Notes under the pieces: model-generated
Databases searched by the model: none
The model's input: the letters and a program-made list of their open reading frames with translations, nothing else
What the model was told of the DNA's origin: nothing
Source: Myxococcota bacterium
GTDB lineage: Bacteria > Myxococcota_A > UBA796 > SXON01
Length of the DNA: 64,000 nucleotides
Direction of reading: 5' to 3'
Assembly (NCBI GenBank): GCA_040386535.1
Contig: JAZKFH010000030.1
Coordinates: 58,543-122,542 of the forward strand
Program-made: the position numbers and the translations under genes
In this document: positions 10,303 to 19,925 of the stretch, one piece after another
How positions within the stretch are numbered: the first letter of the stretch is position 1
Layout of the letters: each line of letters opens with the position of its first letter

Positions 10303-11292
10303 ATGAGCTTCCCAGGCCATGAACGCCGCGCTGTGGCCCTGCTGGCGCTGACCGCATTCTTGTGGGCAATCAGCTTTCCGCTCATCCGGGTGTTGTCGCT
10401 CGCCCAGCACCAGCACTCGCCGGAGATCAGCAGCTGGTTCGTCAGCAGCGTGATCGTGACCTCCCGGTTTCTGCTCGGGGGATTGGTCGTCGCGCTGCTG
10501 AGCCCGCGCAGCCTGCAGGCCATCACCCGGTCCGAATGGTCACAAGGGCTCGGGCTCGGCCTCCTCTGCGGGATCAGCATCCTGTGGCAGGTCGACGGCC
10601 TGTCCTACAGTCCGGCCTCGGTATCGGCGTTCATCACCCAAGGCTACTGTGTCTGGATTCCCATCTACGTCTGTCTGCGGAGCAGGCGTGTGCCATCGGG
10701 CGACCTGCTGATCTCCACCGGCCTCGTCGTAGCCGGGATCTTTCTCCTCTCGGGCGCGAGCTTCGACTCCCTCCACCTGGGCCGCGGTGAGCTCGAAACC
10801 CTGTTGGCTTCGTTGTTTTGCGCGGCCCAGATCCTCTGGTTGGAGAGGCCCCGATTCGAGGACAATCGCAGCCTCACCATCACGGTGATCATGTTCTTCG
10901 CCGCGGGGCTGGTGGCGGCGCCGGTCGCGCTGGTCTCGTCCGGCGGGCCCGGGGCGTGGACCCAACTCCTCCAGCTTCCGCACCTGACGGAGCTGATGGT
11001 TGTCTTGACGCTCGTCTGCACCGTCGCGCCGTTCCTGCTGATGAACCAATTCCAGAAGTTCGTCACCGCGACCGAAGCAGGGCTCATCTACTGTTGTGAG
11101 CCGATCTTCGCGAGCCTCCTGGCGCTCTTCCTTCCGGGCATCCTGGCGGGCTGGATGGGCACCCACTACCCGAATGAGACGCCGACGGCGCCGCTCCTCC
11201 TCGGGGGCGGCTTGATCACGGCCGCGAACATCTGGATTCAGGTCCGGAAAGGAAGCTCGCCGGTGAGAGCCGCCAACGTCGGCCCGGCATGA
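10303..11292 (+). CDS. DMT/EamA family transporter
   Basis: About 10 TM helices in two repeats; LWAISFP, SRF, EPIFASLL motifs. Confidence 0.88.
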   Translation: MSFPGHERRAVALLALTAFLWAISFPLIRVLSLAQHQHSPEISSWFVSSVIVTSRFLLGGLVVALLSPRSLQAITRSEWSQGLGLGLLCGISILWQVDGLSYSPASVSAFITQGYCVWIPIYVCLRSRRVPSGDLLISTGLVVAGIFLLSGASFDSLHLGRGELETLLASLFCAAQILWLERPRFEDNRSLTITVIMFFAAGLVAAPVALVSSGGPGAWTQLLQLPHLTELMVVLTLVCTVAPFLLMNQFQKFVTATEAGLIYCCEPIFASLLALFLPGILAGWMGTHYPNETPTAPLLLGGGLITAANIWIQVRKGSSPVRAANVGPA

Positions 11293-11295
11293 GGA

Positions 11296-12738
11296 TCATC
11301 CCTCTTCGCGCGTCTCTTCGAGCGTCTGTCCCTCGGCCTCGCGGCGCATCGCCTCCCAGAGCATCTCGACCTGCTTGCGCTCGGTCGGGTATGACCCGAT
11401 GGACAGGCGCACCATCCAGCGCCCATCGAGCTTGGCTGGAGTGACATAGGCCTCGCCGCTGCCGTTCAATCGTTCTCCCCAGGCGAGCGTGTGGGCCTCG
11501 AGCGCCTCCGCGTCCATTCCGGGCGGTTCGTGGCGCACACACACCGTCTGGAGCACCACCGGGGCGAGCACGTGCCAATTCGCGCGCGCCCGAACCTGCT
11601 CGGCGAGCCACTGGGCGTTCTCGATGTCGCGCCGCAGTCGCTTCTGGATTCCGGAGACACCCTCTTCGCGCAGCAGGAACCACAGCTTGAGCGATCGAAA
11701 GCGTCGCCCGAGCGGGATCCCCCAGTCGCGGAGGTTGGTGACCTGATCGTCCACGCTGCTCTGGAGGTAGCTGGGATTGGTGCTCATGACGCGGATGAGG
11801 TGCTCGGTGTCACGCACGTAGTAGAGCGAGCAATCGAACGCGGCGCCCAGCCACTTGTGCGCGTTGATCACAATCGAATCCGCGCCTTCGATGCCGCGCC
11901 ACATCCAGCGGCACTCGGGCAGGATCATCGCCGACCCCGCCATTGCGGCATCGACGTGGAGCCAGGCACCGTGGCGGCGCGCGATCTGCACGACATCGTC
12001 GATCGGATCGAGCGCGGTGGTCGTGGTGGTGCCGGTCGTCGCGACGATCATGCAGGGGACCGAACCGGCGGCGATGTCCGCCCGGATCGCGGCGTCGAGC
12101 GCGTCGGCGCGCATCGCGTGGCGCTCGTCCACCGGGATGATGCGGAGGTTGTCACGACCGAACCCCGCGAGCAGGGCCGCCTTCTCGACGGAGCTGTGGC
12201 CGTGCACGGACGTGTAGACGATGAGGCGCTTGTCGCTGCCCTGCAGGCCGCCTCCCGCCAACGAATACCCGCTGCTCCGCTCCCGGGCGCAGATCAGCGC
12301 GACGAGCGTGCTGCTCGACGCGGTGTCCTGGATGACACCGTGGAACGTGTCCGGCAGGCCGAACATCTGCCGCGTCCAGTCGCAGACCACCTCCTCGAGC
12401 TCGGTCAACGCCGGGCTGGATTGCCAGGACAGTCCCAGAACGCCGAGCCCGCTGCTCAGAAAGTCTCCGAGGATCGAGGCGGGGGATGTGGCCGACGGGA
12501 AGTAGCCGAAGAACGAGGGGTGCTGCCAATGCGAGAGCCCCGGCAGGATCACCTTGTCGACGTCCCGCAGCACGCCCTCGAACGCTTCGGGCTCGTTGGG
12601 CGGGGCGGCCGGCAACTGGGCGCGGACGTCCCCGGGCGCCACCGGCGACATGACGGGGAGGCTCGAAATCTGCGCGCGGTAGTCGGCGATCCAGTCGATC
12701 AGGATGTGGCCGAAGTGGCGGAACTGCTCGGGAGTCAT
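11296..12738 (-). CDS. PLP-dependent aromatic-L-amino-acid (DOPA/tyrosine/tryptophan) decarboxylase, group II
   Basis: LSHWQHPSFFGYFP, SSPALTELE, HSSVEKA, WLHVDAAMAG, NAHKW (PLP Lys), PLGRRFRSLKLW. Confidence 0.93.
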   Translation of the reverse strand: MTPEQFRHFGHILIDWIADYRAQISSLPVMSPVAPGDVRAQLPAAPPNEPEAFEGVLRDVDKVILPGLSHWQHPSFFGYFPSATSPASILGDFLSSGLGVLGLSWQSSPALTELEEVVCDWTRQMFGLPDTFHGVIQDTASSSTLVALICARERSSGYSLAGGGLQGSDKRLIVYTSVHGHSSVEKAALLAGFGRDNLRIIPVDERHAMRADALDAAIRADIAAGSVPCMIVATTGTTTTTALDPIDDVVQIARRHGAWLHVDAAMAGSAMILPECRWMWRGIEGADSIVINAHKWLGAAFDCSLYYVRDTEHLIRVMSTNPSYLQSSVDDQVTNLRDWGIPLGRRFRSLKLWFLLREEGVSGIQKRLRRDIENAQWLAEQVRARANWHVLAPVVLQTVCVRHEPPGMDAEALEAHTLAWGERLNGSGEAYVTPAKLDGRWMVRLSIGSYPTERKQVEMLWEAMRREAEGQTLEETREEG

Positions 12739-12758
12739 CGGGGACCTCGGGGGGCCGT

Positions 12759-13631
12759 CTATAGCGCTTCGAGCCAGGCCATCACGTCCCGGGCCAGCGT
12801 TTCGAAGCTCGGGGCGACGAACAACCGATCCTGGGGCCGCGTGGGAGCTACCTCGGTCGCCGCCATCACGTCGAGGTCGAACGGCAGCAGATCGACGCCC
12901 TGCTCGATCCGCTCGAGCTCCTTGTACGACGAGAGCAGCGCCTGCCCCAGGACCTTTACCCTGCCGTGCTCTTGCACCAGCCCGGCCTCCAAGGTGTACC
13001 AGCAGACGTTGGAGATGCGTTGCAGCGTAACGTCATTCGCAATGTCGGCCGCCTTGCCGAAGCGGCGACTCAATTCCGCGATGATGGGATGCGAGAGGGC
13101 CGGCGCGTGGCCGAGCAGCTCGTGGATGACATCGGGCTCCGGCGTGAACTCCGGGATGCTGTGGTGCCGCACATACTGCGTGGACAGGAAGATCCGACGA
13201 CCGAGCAGGCTCATGAACGTGCGCGAGGAGGCGAACCCCAGCACCGGGATCATGCGAAAGCCGGTCGTGAGGGCGAGTTGTTGGTTGACATCCGCGAGCT
13301 GCGGAATGGAGGTGCGGCTGAAGCCGAGGCTCGCGAGGCCGTCGAGGTACGGCCGGCAGGCCAGCCGTTCGTGGTAGGGCTGGACATGATTCCAGACGTT
13401 CGCCCACACGGTGTGCTCCAGGTCGGTGTACGTGACGCGCGGAACGGGCTGATTGTCGACATACGACAATGCAATCGCCGCGATCTCCCGGCGGCGGTCG
13501 AGATAGAGGGCATCGTGGTCGCCAGGGTTGCTGAAGTCGTATCCAGACGCCAGATCGTTCGCGATCGCTGCGTATTCGTAGCTCCGCGGGGCACCAACTG
13601 TTGCCGCGGGAGTGTCCACGTTGTCGTGCAT
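12759..13631 (-). CDS. pterin-dependent aromatic amino acid hydroxylase (PhhA-like, catalytic domain only)
   Basis: STQYVRH, TPEPDVIHELLGH (two Fe His), WYTLEAGL (Fe Glu), LLSS; start MHDNVD. Confidence 0.9.
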   Translation of the reverse strand: MHDNVDTPAATVGAPRSYEYAAIANDLASGYDFSNPGDHDALYLDRRREIAAIALSYVDNQPVPRVTYTDLEHTVWANVWNHVQPYHERLACRPYLDGLASLGFSRTSIPQLADVNQQLALTTGFRMIPVLGFASSRTFMSLLGRRIFLSTQYVRHHSIPEFTPEPDVIHELLGHAPALSHPIIAELSRRFGKAADIANDVTLQRISNVCWYTLEAGLVQEHGRVKVLGQALLSSYKELERIEQGVDLLPFDLDVMAATEVAPTRPQDRLFVAPSFETLARDVMAWLEAL

Positions 13632-13762
13632 GGTGTGTCTTTGAATCCTGGACGGTAGGGGGCGTGTGACTGGCAAGGCGCAGCGTCGGTCTCGCCACGT
13701 CGCAACCATTCCACGTCCGCCGCCGCATCGCACTTGCACGCCATTGCAGGCGAGCGCGGCCC

Positions 13763-15229
13763 CTACACCAACAGTCCGCGCCTGAGACGCTCCGCGCGTC
13801 CCTCCGCCCGCCGCGACAGCTCGTGCTCCGTGAGCGTCGCGAGCTCGGCGTCTCCGTCGGCCCCGTCGAGGGTGGCAAGGTGGCGCTGGAGGTCGTACTC
13901 GAGCTCGCTCGTGGCTTCGCCCGCGAGGTGCACGCCCACCTCGGCGGGCGGGGGCGGTGGCTCGAGGCGGGCCGGCCCGGGGGTGTAGGTGTCGCACAAC
14001 GCGTCGGCGAGGCTGTCGGCGAGCGCATCGCGGCGGGAGAGGGGCGCGAGCCCGAAGCGGTGCTCGAGAAAGGCGAGCACCGACGTATGGTCACACACCT
14101 GGGAATACGCACCCCGGCGGATCCAGGGGGAGATGAGCAGCGCGGGGACGCGGCCGCCGTAGCGCTCCATCGAGCCGGGGCGCAGGATCCCGCTGGGGCG
14201 GGCGCTGCGCGGGTGCGGCGCATCGGGCGCGGGGACGTGGTCGTAGTAGCCGCCGTTCTCGTCGTACAACACGATGAGGAGGGTACGGCGCCACACGGCC
14301 TCGTCGGCGCGCAGCGTGTTGTAGAGGTCGGCGAGCAGCCGCTGGCCCCACACCTTGTGTTTGCCGTGGTGGTCGTTGTTGGACTGTCGGGTACCGACGT
14401 TCAGGTGGCGGGGCTCGATGAAGGTGTACGCCGGGAGCGGGACCGGGGTCGTGTCGATGCCACACGCCGCGAGGTGGGCCAGCTGGGCGGGATCGTCGGT
14501 CAGCGGGCGCGCCCGCGACACGTCGCACGCGAACCGGTCATAGGCGCGAAGCGGGCTCGCCTCCTCTGGTGAGACTCCGCGGCGCCGGCGCGCCTTCGCC
14601 GTGCGCGTGATCTCGCCGAGCACCGCGCCGCTCGTGTAGATACAAGCCGGCCCGTCGACGTAGATACGCCAATCCAGACCGGCCTCGGACAGCCGTCCGA
14701 AGATGGTGGGGCGCCTCCCAATCTGGGGCAGCGGCAAGGCGCCCGTCGGAGAGGTTCCCATGTGGAGGAAGTAGCGGTTCGGCCATGTGTTGGACGCGAT
14801 GGACGCGAACCAGCGATCGGCGACGGCAAAGTTGAGGGCGAGGTCCCGGGTGACCGGGAGGTCGTCCTTGTGGTGGTAGCGCATCACCTCGCGGACGAGC
14901 TCGGCCGCGGCCTCGGGCGTCCGGGTTCGCTTGCGCGCGTAGTCCGCTTGCACCGAGGCATACCCCTCGTTCGCGACGCCGCCTCGCGGCCACAATTGCG
15001 CCCACATGTCCAGGAACTGGTGGGGCGCGCCCGGGGGGATCATGTTCGCGCCCGGCTCGGCGAAGATCCGCTCTCCCGCTGCATAGAGGGGGCCGCTGAT
15101 CGGATTGGAGAAGCCGGGCCCGATGCCGTCCACACCGTGTTCTTCAGGGGTCATCCACCCCAGCACGCGATCGAAGGAGTTGTTCTCCTGCATGAGGACG
15201 ACGACGTGATCGATGTGCTTCATGCTCAT
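13763..15229 (-). CDS. phospholipase C / acid phosphatase (phosphoesterase family)
   Basis: HVVVLMQENNSFD, TWPNR, YDENGGYYDHV, GGRVPALLISPW, DHTS. Confidence 0.9.
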   Translation of the reverse strand: MSMKHIDHVVVLMQENNSFDRVLGWMTPEEHGVDGIGPGFSNPISGPLYAAGERIFAEPGANMIPPGAPHQFLDMWAQLWPRGGVANEGYASVQADYARKRTRTPEAAAELVREVMRYHHKDDLPVTRDLALNFAVADRWFASIASNTWPNRYFLHMGTSPTGALPLPQIGRRPTIFGRLSEAGLDWRIYVDGPACIYTSGAVLGEITRTAKARRRRGVSPEEASPLRAYDRFACDVSRARPLTDDPAQLAHLAACGIDTTPVPLPAYTFIEPRHLNVGTRQSNNDHHGKHKVWGQRLLADLYNTLRADEAVWRRTLLIVLYDENGGYYDHVPAPDAPHPRSARPSGILRPGSMERYGGRVPALLISPWIRRGAYSQVCDHTSVLAFLEHRFGLAPLSRRDALADSLADALCDTYTPGPARLEPPPPPAEVGVHLAGEATSELEYDLQRHLATLDGADGDAELATLTEHELSRRAEGRAERLRRGLLV

Positions 15230-15235
15230 GGTCGC

Positions 15236-17017
15236 TCACCTCGCCGCTACGATGGGTCCCGCGCTCACCACAGGAAGGGAGTTCACCAGGTCGAGCGTCA
15301 GCTGCCGCTCCATCTGGCTCGCCAGCTCCTCGTCCAGGCACACGAGCGCGGCCTCGTGGTTCTTGCTTCCCGATTGGGAGTCGAGGTTGAAGCTGCCGAC
15401 CACCACCGCGGTGCGGTCGAAGTACGCCTGCTTGGCGTGGAGGTAGTTGAAGTAGGTCCAGGCCCGGAGGTTGGTCGTCTGGATGTCCGTGAGGTAGGCG
15501 CGGTTGCCCTTGGCCCCCGCTCGCGCGCTCCGCTCCTTCAGCTCCTCGTAGATCTTGGCGTTGTTGACGTGGCCGGTCGAGCGCGCCGCCTCCATGCTCT
15601 CGTGGAGCCACCGGTCGCTCTCTCCCTTTCCGCCGGCGAGGCCGTTCGAGACCACCTCCACCTCGACACCCGCCGCCGCCCGGCTCCGAAGCGCCTCGAC
15701 CAGGACGTCGAGCACCGCGGTGCCGTCGAGGTCGAAGCGGACCGTCGGCGAGGTCATGACGATCAGGTGGCGCGCGGCCTCGATGTAACGGGTGAGCATC
15801 GTCGCGATGCCGGTGTTGCCCGGAGTCTGGACCACCACGCGACACGCGCCGTCCATGCGGGTCTCGGCGTCCCCGAGGCGACGCGCGTAGGCCTGCGTTC
15901 CACGCAGCCCGGCGGCGGTCTCCTCCGCGAGTCGGGCGTCGATCCACGGCTGGTAGAGGGGGGCGATCTTCCGGTGGGTGAGGTGGGCGTGGGAGTCCCA
16001 GAGGGCCACGTACGCCCGCGTGAGCTCGGTGACGGTGGGGCCCGACCGCACCAGCACGTCGTTGTCGCGATTGTGCCCGCCGAAGCCCGTGGAGAGGTTC
16101 TGCACGTCCATCACGTTCTGCCCGCCGATGACCGCTTCCTCGCCGTCCCGGATCCAGAACTTGTTGTGCATGAAGCCGCCGAAGCCCTTCCCGGGGATCA
16201 GCTGGTCGGCCACCAGGAGCACGGGGATGCCCGCCCGGCGCAGGCGGCGGAGGCACCGGACGTTCAGGGTGTTCGCGTAGAGGCTCTCGAGGATCACCCG
16301 CACGTCCACGCCCTCGGCGTGGCGGGCAACCAGCTCGTCGACGATGGCGGAGCCGCTGTCGTCGCACGTCATCGCCATCACCGCGACGAACATGAACGTC
16401 TCGGCCTCTCGCGCCATCCGCACCTTCTCGACCCAGCCGTCGCCGTTCGAGAGCAGCGCGACGTCGTTGCCGAACGTGAGCACGCTCTCGGTCTCCGCGT
16501 CGAGCGACTCCTGGAATTCCGGGGCGAACCAGGCGGCGTCGGGGCGCGGATCCGGCGCGAACGCGCGTACGTACGTGTCGAGGGGGAGGTCGAGGCGCTT
16601 GATCGGCGGGTGGAACAGGGTGTTCCAAGCGCGCAGGTAGATGTACGGCCGCTCGCCCATCTGCGTGGACTCGTCGAAGCGGGTCCGAGCGTGGAAGTCC
16701 CACGTCGCCTGCAGCAGGTCGTCGCTCTCCCCGATCAGCGCGGGCACGTTCGTCGTGAACAGATCCTGTACGACCTCGTCGGGGGACCTCCCAATCACGG
16801 TGAAGTCTTCCGTGAGGCTCCCGTCGTCCGTGGCGGTGCGACGGAAAATCAGGTTGTCGACGGGCGGGCGCGACGGGGCGGGGCCAATCAGCCCCTTCGT
16901 CGCATCGGCATAGTACGAATCCACCTCTGCGAGCGTGTAGAGCCGCTGATCACCGAACGCGGGTTCTTCGTAGCGGTGAGGTCCGAAGCAACCGGCGAGC
17001 AGCAGAGGGAGGAGCAT
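15236..17017 (-). CDS. phospholipase D / cardiolipin synthase-like lipoprotein
   Basis: Two HKD motifs (HNKFWIRD...GGQN and HAKQAYFD...GSFN); lipobox LAGC. Confidence 0.88.
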   Translation of the reverse strand: MLLPLLLAGCFGPHRYEEPAFGDQRLYTLAEVDSYYADATKGLIGPAPSRPPVDNLIFRRTATDDGSLTEDFTVIGRSPDEVVQDLFTTNVPALIGESDDLLQATWDFHARTRFDESTQMGERPYIYLRAWNTLFHPPIKRLDLPLDTYVRAFAPDPRPDAAWFAPEFQESLDAETESVLTFGNDVALLSNGDGWVEKVRMAREAETFMFVAVMAMTCDDSGSAIVDELVARHAEGVDVRVILESLYANTLNVRCLRRLRRAGIPVLLVADQLIPGKGFGGFMHNKFWIRDGEEAVIGGQNVMDVQNLSTGFGGHNRDNDVLVRSGPTVTELTRAYVALWDSHAHLTHRKIAPLYQPWIDARLAEETAAGLRGTQAYARRLGDAETRMDGACRVVVQTPGNTGIATMLTRYIEAARHLIVMTSPTVRFDLDGTAVLDVLVEALRSRAAAGVEVEVVSNGLAGGKGESDRWLHESMEAARSTGHVNNAKIYEELKERSARAGAKGNRAYLTDIQTTNLRAWTYFNYLHAKQAYFDRTAVVVGSFNLDSQSGSKNHEAALVCLDEELASQMERQLTLDLVNSLPVVSAGPIVAAR

Positions 17018-17162
17018 CGTTCCTGGGCTTGATGCCCTCCCGGTAACGCTGACAGCTGGCCCGGCCTCGTCCTTGGCCTACAGGCGTCCATTCGTAGCGG
17101 GTTGCCAAGCTTGGCGACGTTTCGGTACAAGCGTCCCCGTGCTCGACAGGGCCGTTGTTCCG

Positions 17163-18254
17163 CTACCGCCCCGCGACCATCGCCAGATCCCGCGCGTAGT
17201 CCGCCCACCACCCCCCCGCCGAGGGCCCGCCGTTGCACTCGCCGTCGGACTCGCCCGGGGGCTTGACCCACAGCAGGGCGTCGAGGCCGGGTTCGGTGGT
17301 CGCCACCGTCGGGTTCGAGCCGAGCGCGCGCCCGAGCGGATTGCACCACTCGTTGTCCTCGGAAGGGCCGAGGCCGTTGCGGCTCGTGTCGATGATGTAG
17401 TGCGCGTTGGTGCCGAGGATCGCGCGCAGCTCCCGGGCGTAGCCGATCTCGTTGTCCGTGAACTCGGTGTGCGAGACGTTCAGCGCGAAGCCCGCGGCGC
17501 CCGCCACGTTGGCGGCCCGAAGGCGGGACGCCATGTCGGCGGCGGGGATCCAATTGGAGTCGCCGGCGTCGAGGTACACCCGGCCCCCGCCCGCCGTGAG
17601 CGTGGTGACGGCGGCCGCCATCATCGCGAACCGCTCGGTCTCCTGGGCGGCCGACAAGCAGGTGGTGAACGCGAGGGCGTCGGGCTCGAGCACGATCACC
17701 GCCGTGCGACCGGCGAGACCGCGGCTCACGGCCGCCACGAACGCCGCGTATTCCGCCGCGTCGGCGACCCCGCCGGAGGACCACGCGTCGCAGTCGCGCT
17801 GGGGGATGTTGTACACCACGAAGGTGACCAGCTTGCCGCCGGCGGCGTTCAGCATGTTGTTCACGGTGCTCTCGACGTCCCACGTCCAGTCCCCGACCCA
17901 CAGCGAGCTCGGCTGGCTCGCGATGCTGTTCATGAGCCGGACGCCCTCGGTGTAGCCGACGGAGTCCCACAACGCGGCTTCCTCCGCCGCGTTGGTGTTC
18001 GGATCGACGTAGAGGATCGAGCTGGCGAGGGGGTTGCTGCTGCTGCTGGTGGTGGGGCGGGGCGCGCGGACGCGGCGATCCTCCGAAGCGTTCGACTCCC
18101 CGGAGTGCGAAGCGGGCGCCGGTCCGAACTCGGACGTGGGCTCGTCGTCCAGCGGGTCGTTCGCGCAGCCCTGGACCAGGAGCGAGGGCGCCAGGACCGA
18201 GGCACCGTAGGAGGCGGAGACGAGCAAGCGACGGCCAAACGGGCTGCGTGCCAT
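17163..18254 (-). CDS. glycoside hydrolase family 6 endoglucanase
   Basis: VYNIPQRDC, LEPDAL, YLDAG, IDTSRNG, WCNP, WVKPPGESDG; RR and lipobox-like leader. Confidence 0.92.
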   Translation of the reverse strand: MARSPFGRRLLVSASYGASVLAPSLLVQGCANDPLDDEPTSEFGPAPASHSGESNASEDRRVRAPRPTTSSSSNPLASSILYVDPNTNAAEEAALWDSVGYTEGVRLMNSIASQPSSLWVGDWTWDVESTVNNMLNAAGGKLVTFVVYNIPQRDCDAWSSGGVADAAEYAAFVAAVSRGLAGRTAVIVLEPDALAFTTCLSAAQETERFAMMAAAVTTLTAGGGRVYLDAGDSNWIPAADMASRLRAANVAGAAGFALNVSHTEFTDNEIGYARELRAILGTNAHYIIDTSRNGLGPSEDNEWCNPLGRALGSNPTVATTEPGLDALLWVKPPGESDGECNGGPSAGGWWADYARDLAMVAGR

Positions 18255-18454
18255 GGGACTCTCCAGCGAGGCCTCGGCCTCGGCGTGATGGGTGGGACGT
18301 GCCAGCCGGGCTGCGCGGGGGCCCGGGAAACAGTTCCTGAACGATGCGGGGAAAGTAGTAGTCGCCCGGGCTCGGCAGGTGCGCAATTACACCTGAGTGT
18401 CGTTTTTTGTGCACACGTGGTGCGAACCGTCGCGGCCGGGCGATCGGGCCGTCG

Positions 18455-19825
18455 TCACTCCGGAAGCCGCTGCAGAAACCCCGCCTCCACCAGCGGCTCC
18501 AGGAAGGCCTTCGTCGCGGGCCAGCCGCCGAGCAGGGCGGCGGGGTCGCCCGCACGGAAGCCCCCCGCGCGACGCTCGATGTATTGGAGGAGCCGGATCT
18601 GCTCGCCGTCGTGCACGGGCACCTCGCGCAGGCCGCACACCAGCGCCCAGGTCAGCTCGCCTTCCTCGCTCACGTGGAGGGTGCTGTCGATCGGGGAGCC
18701 GCGGAAGTTCCGGAACACGGCGAGCCGGTCGTCCGGCTGGAGCGCGCCGGTGGGGCGGTCGCGTGGCGCCACGTCGCCGCCACCGGGCTCGCCCAGCACC
18801 TCCTGGTCCACGAGCGCGCGCAGCCAAGGCCCCACCACGGGGGCGGCCGCGACCACCTCCACGAGGGGACGGCCGTCGAACAGGGCGAGCGAGTCGGCCA
18901 CGGCGTGCGGCACCAGCAGCGGATCGTCGGGCACCCGCTCGGTGGTGAGCCCCGCCCTCGTCTGCGCCGGAGAGGCGCCGAGCGTGATCCGCTCCACGGT
19001 GCCAGCGCACAGCACCGCCGGGAGCGGCGCGGCGAGGCGCGCGTGGGCGGCCTGCACCTCCGCGATCCCGATGGACAGGGCGTCCCCGCCGATCGCGCGA
19101 ACGTCTGCCCAGGTCAGCGGCGCCACGCGCGCCGCGCACGCCCGGTAGAATTCCTCTTCGCGGCCCACCCACGGCCCCCAGATGCGGCGGCGGGTGGGCA
19201 GGCCGAGCGAGTCGCCAGTGCGGGCGCCGGGGAGCTCGCCGAGCGCGTAGCGGCGCGGGCGCTCGTCGAGTTGGACGAGGGCGTCCACGCGCCCAGGGAG
19301 GAGGGCGCGCACGTTCCAGATCGCAAGGATCTCTTCGACACGCCCGAGCAGGTGCTTCGTCGCATCGTGAAAACGCATCCCGACGGCGCGCCGGTCCGAG
19401 AGGCACCAGAAGGTGGAGCAGACCGCGTCGCGGTGGGCCCAGACGCCGCAGCGGCCGGCCTCGTAGTAGTCGCAGAGCATCGACGGGTCCTGGCCGTAGC
19501 CGTCCTTGCGGGTCTCCTGGGTGTGCTCCTCCGCCGGGGTCCGCTCGAGGTACAGCGGCGTCGCCCCGCGGCGCTCGGCGATGCGGCGTCGAAGCGCCGC
19601 GCGGGCATGGTCACTGGTGCGTTCGTCGGAGAGGGCGGCCCCGACGAGGAAGTTCGGCAGGCTCGGTTGGAACGTGCAGCACTTGACGCTCGGCGAGAAC
19701 GCGGGCGTGGCCGGGTTGACCGGGCGACACATGGCGCAGTCGGAGCAGGTGGAGCGCGGCTCGTCGGGCACGGGCGCGCCGAGCAGGGCCTCGATCCAGG
19801 CGCCGGCTTGGTGGGGGAGGGACAT
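18455..19825 (-). CDS. Cys-cluster protein (YkgJ/CxxCxxCC-like N-terminus)
   Basis: CSDCAMC...KCC...LCDYYEAGRCGVWAHRDAVCSTFWC. Confidence 0.6.
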   Translation of the reverse strand: MSLPHQAGAWIEALLGAPVPDEPRSTCSDCAMCRPVNPATPAFSPSVKCCTFQPSLPNFLVGAALSDERTSDHARAALRRRIAERRGATPLYLERTPAEEHTQETRKDGYGQDPSMLCDYYEAGRCGVWAHRDAVCSTFWCLSDRRAVGMRFHDATKHLLGRVEEILAIWNVRALLPGRVDALVQLDERPRRYALGELPGARTGDSLGLPTRRRIWGPWVGREEEFYRACAARVAPLTWADVRAIGGDALSIGIAEVQAAHARLAAPLPAVLCAGTVERITLGASPAQTRAGLTTERVPDDPLLVPHAVADSLALFDGRPLVEVVAAAPVVGPWLRALVDQEVLGEPGGGDVAPRDRPTGALQPDDRLAVFRNFRGSPIDSTLHVSEEGELTWALVCGLREVPVHDGEQIRLLQYIERRAGGFRAGDPAALLGGWPATKAFLEPLVEAGFLQRLPE

Positions 19826-19925
19826 GGGCGGGCATGTAGCCCCGCTTGACGTCGGCAGTCCACACCCGCAAGCTGCGCGCGTGAACGACCCCCTCGGCCG
19901 CCGGCCGCTCGATCGCGCCTCGTAG

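Noticed and set aside
17163..18254. GH6 cellulase as a novelty
   Set aside because: GH6 enzymes are already known in myxobacteria; motifs are canonical
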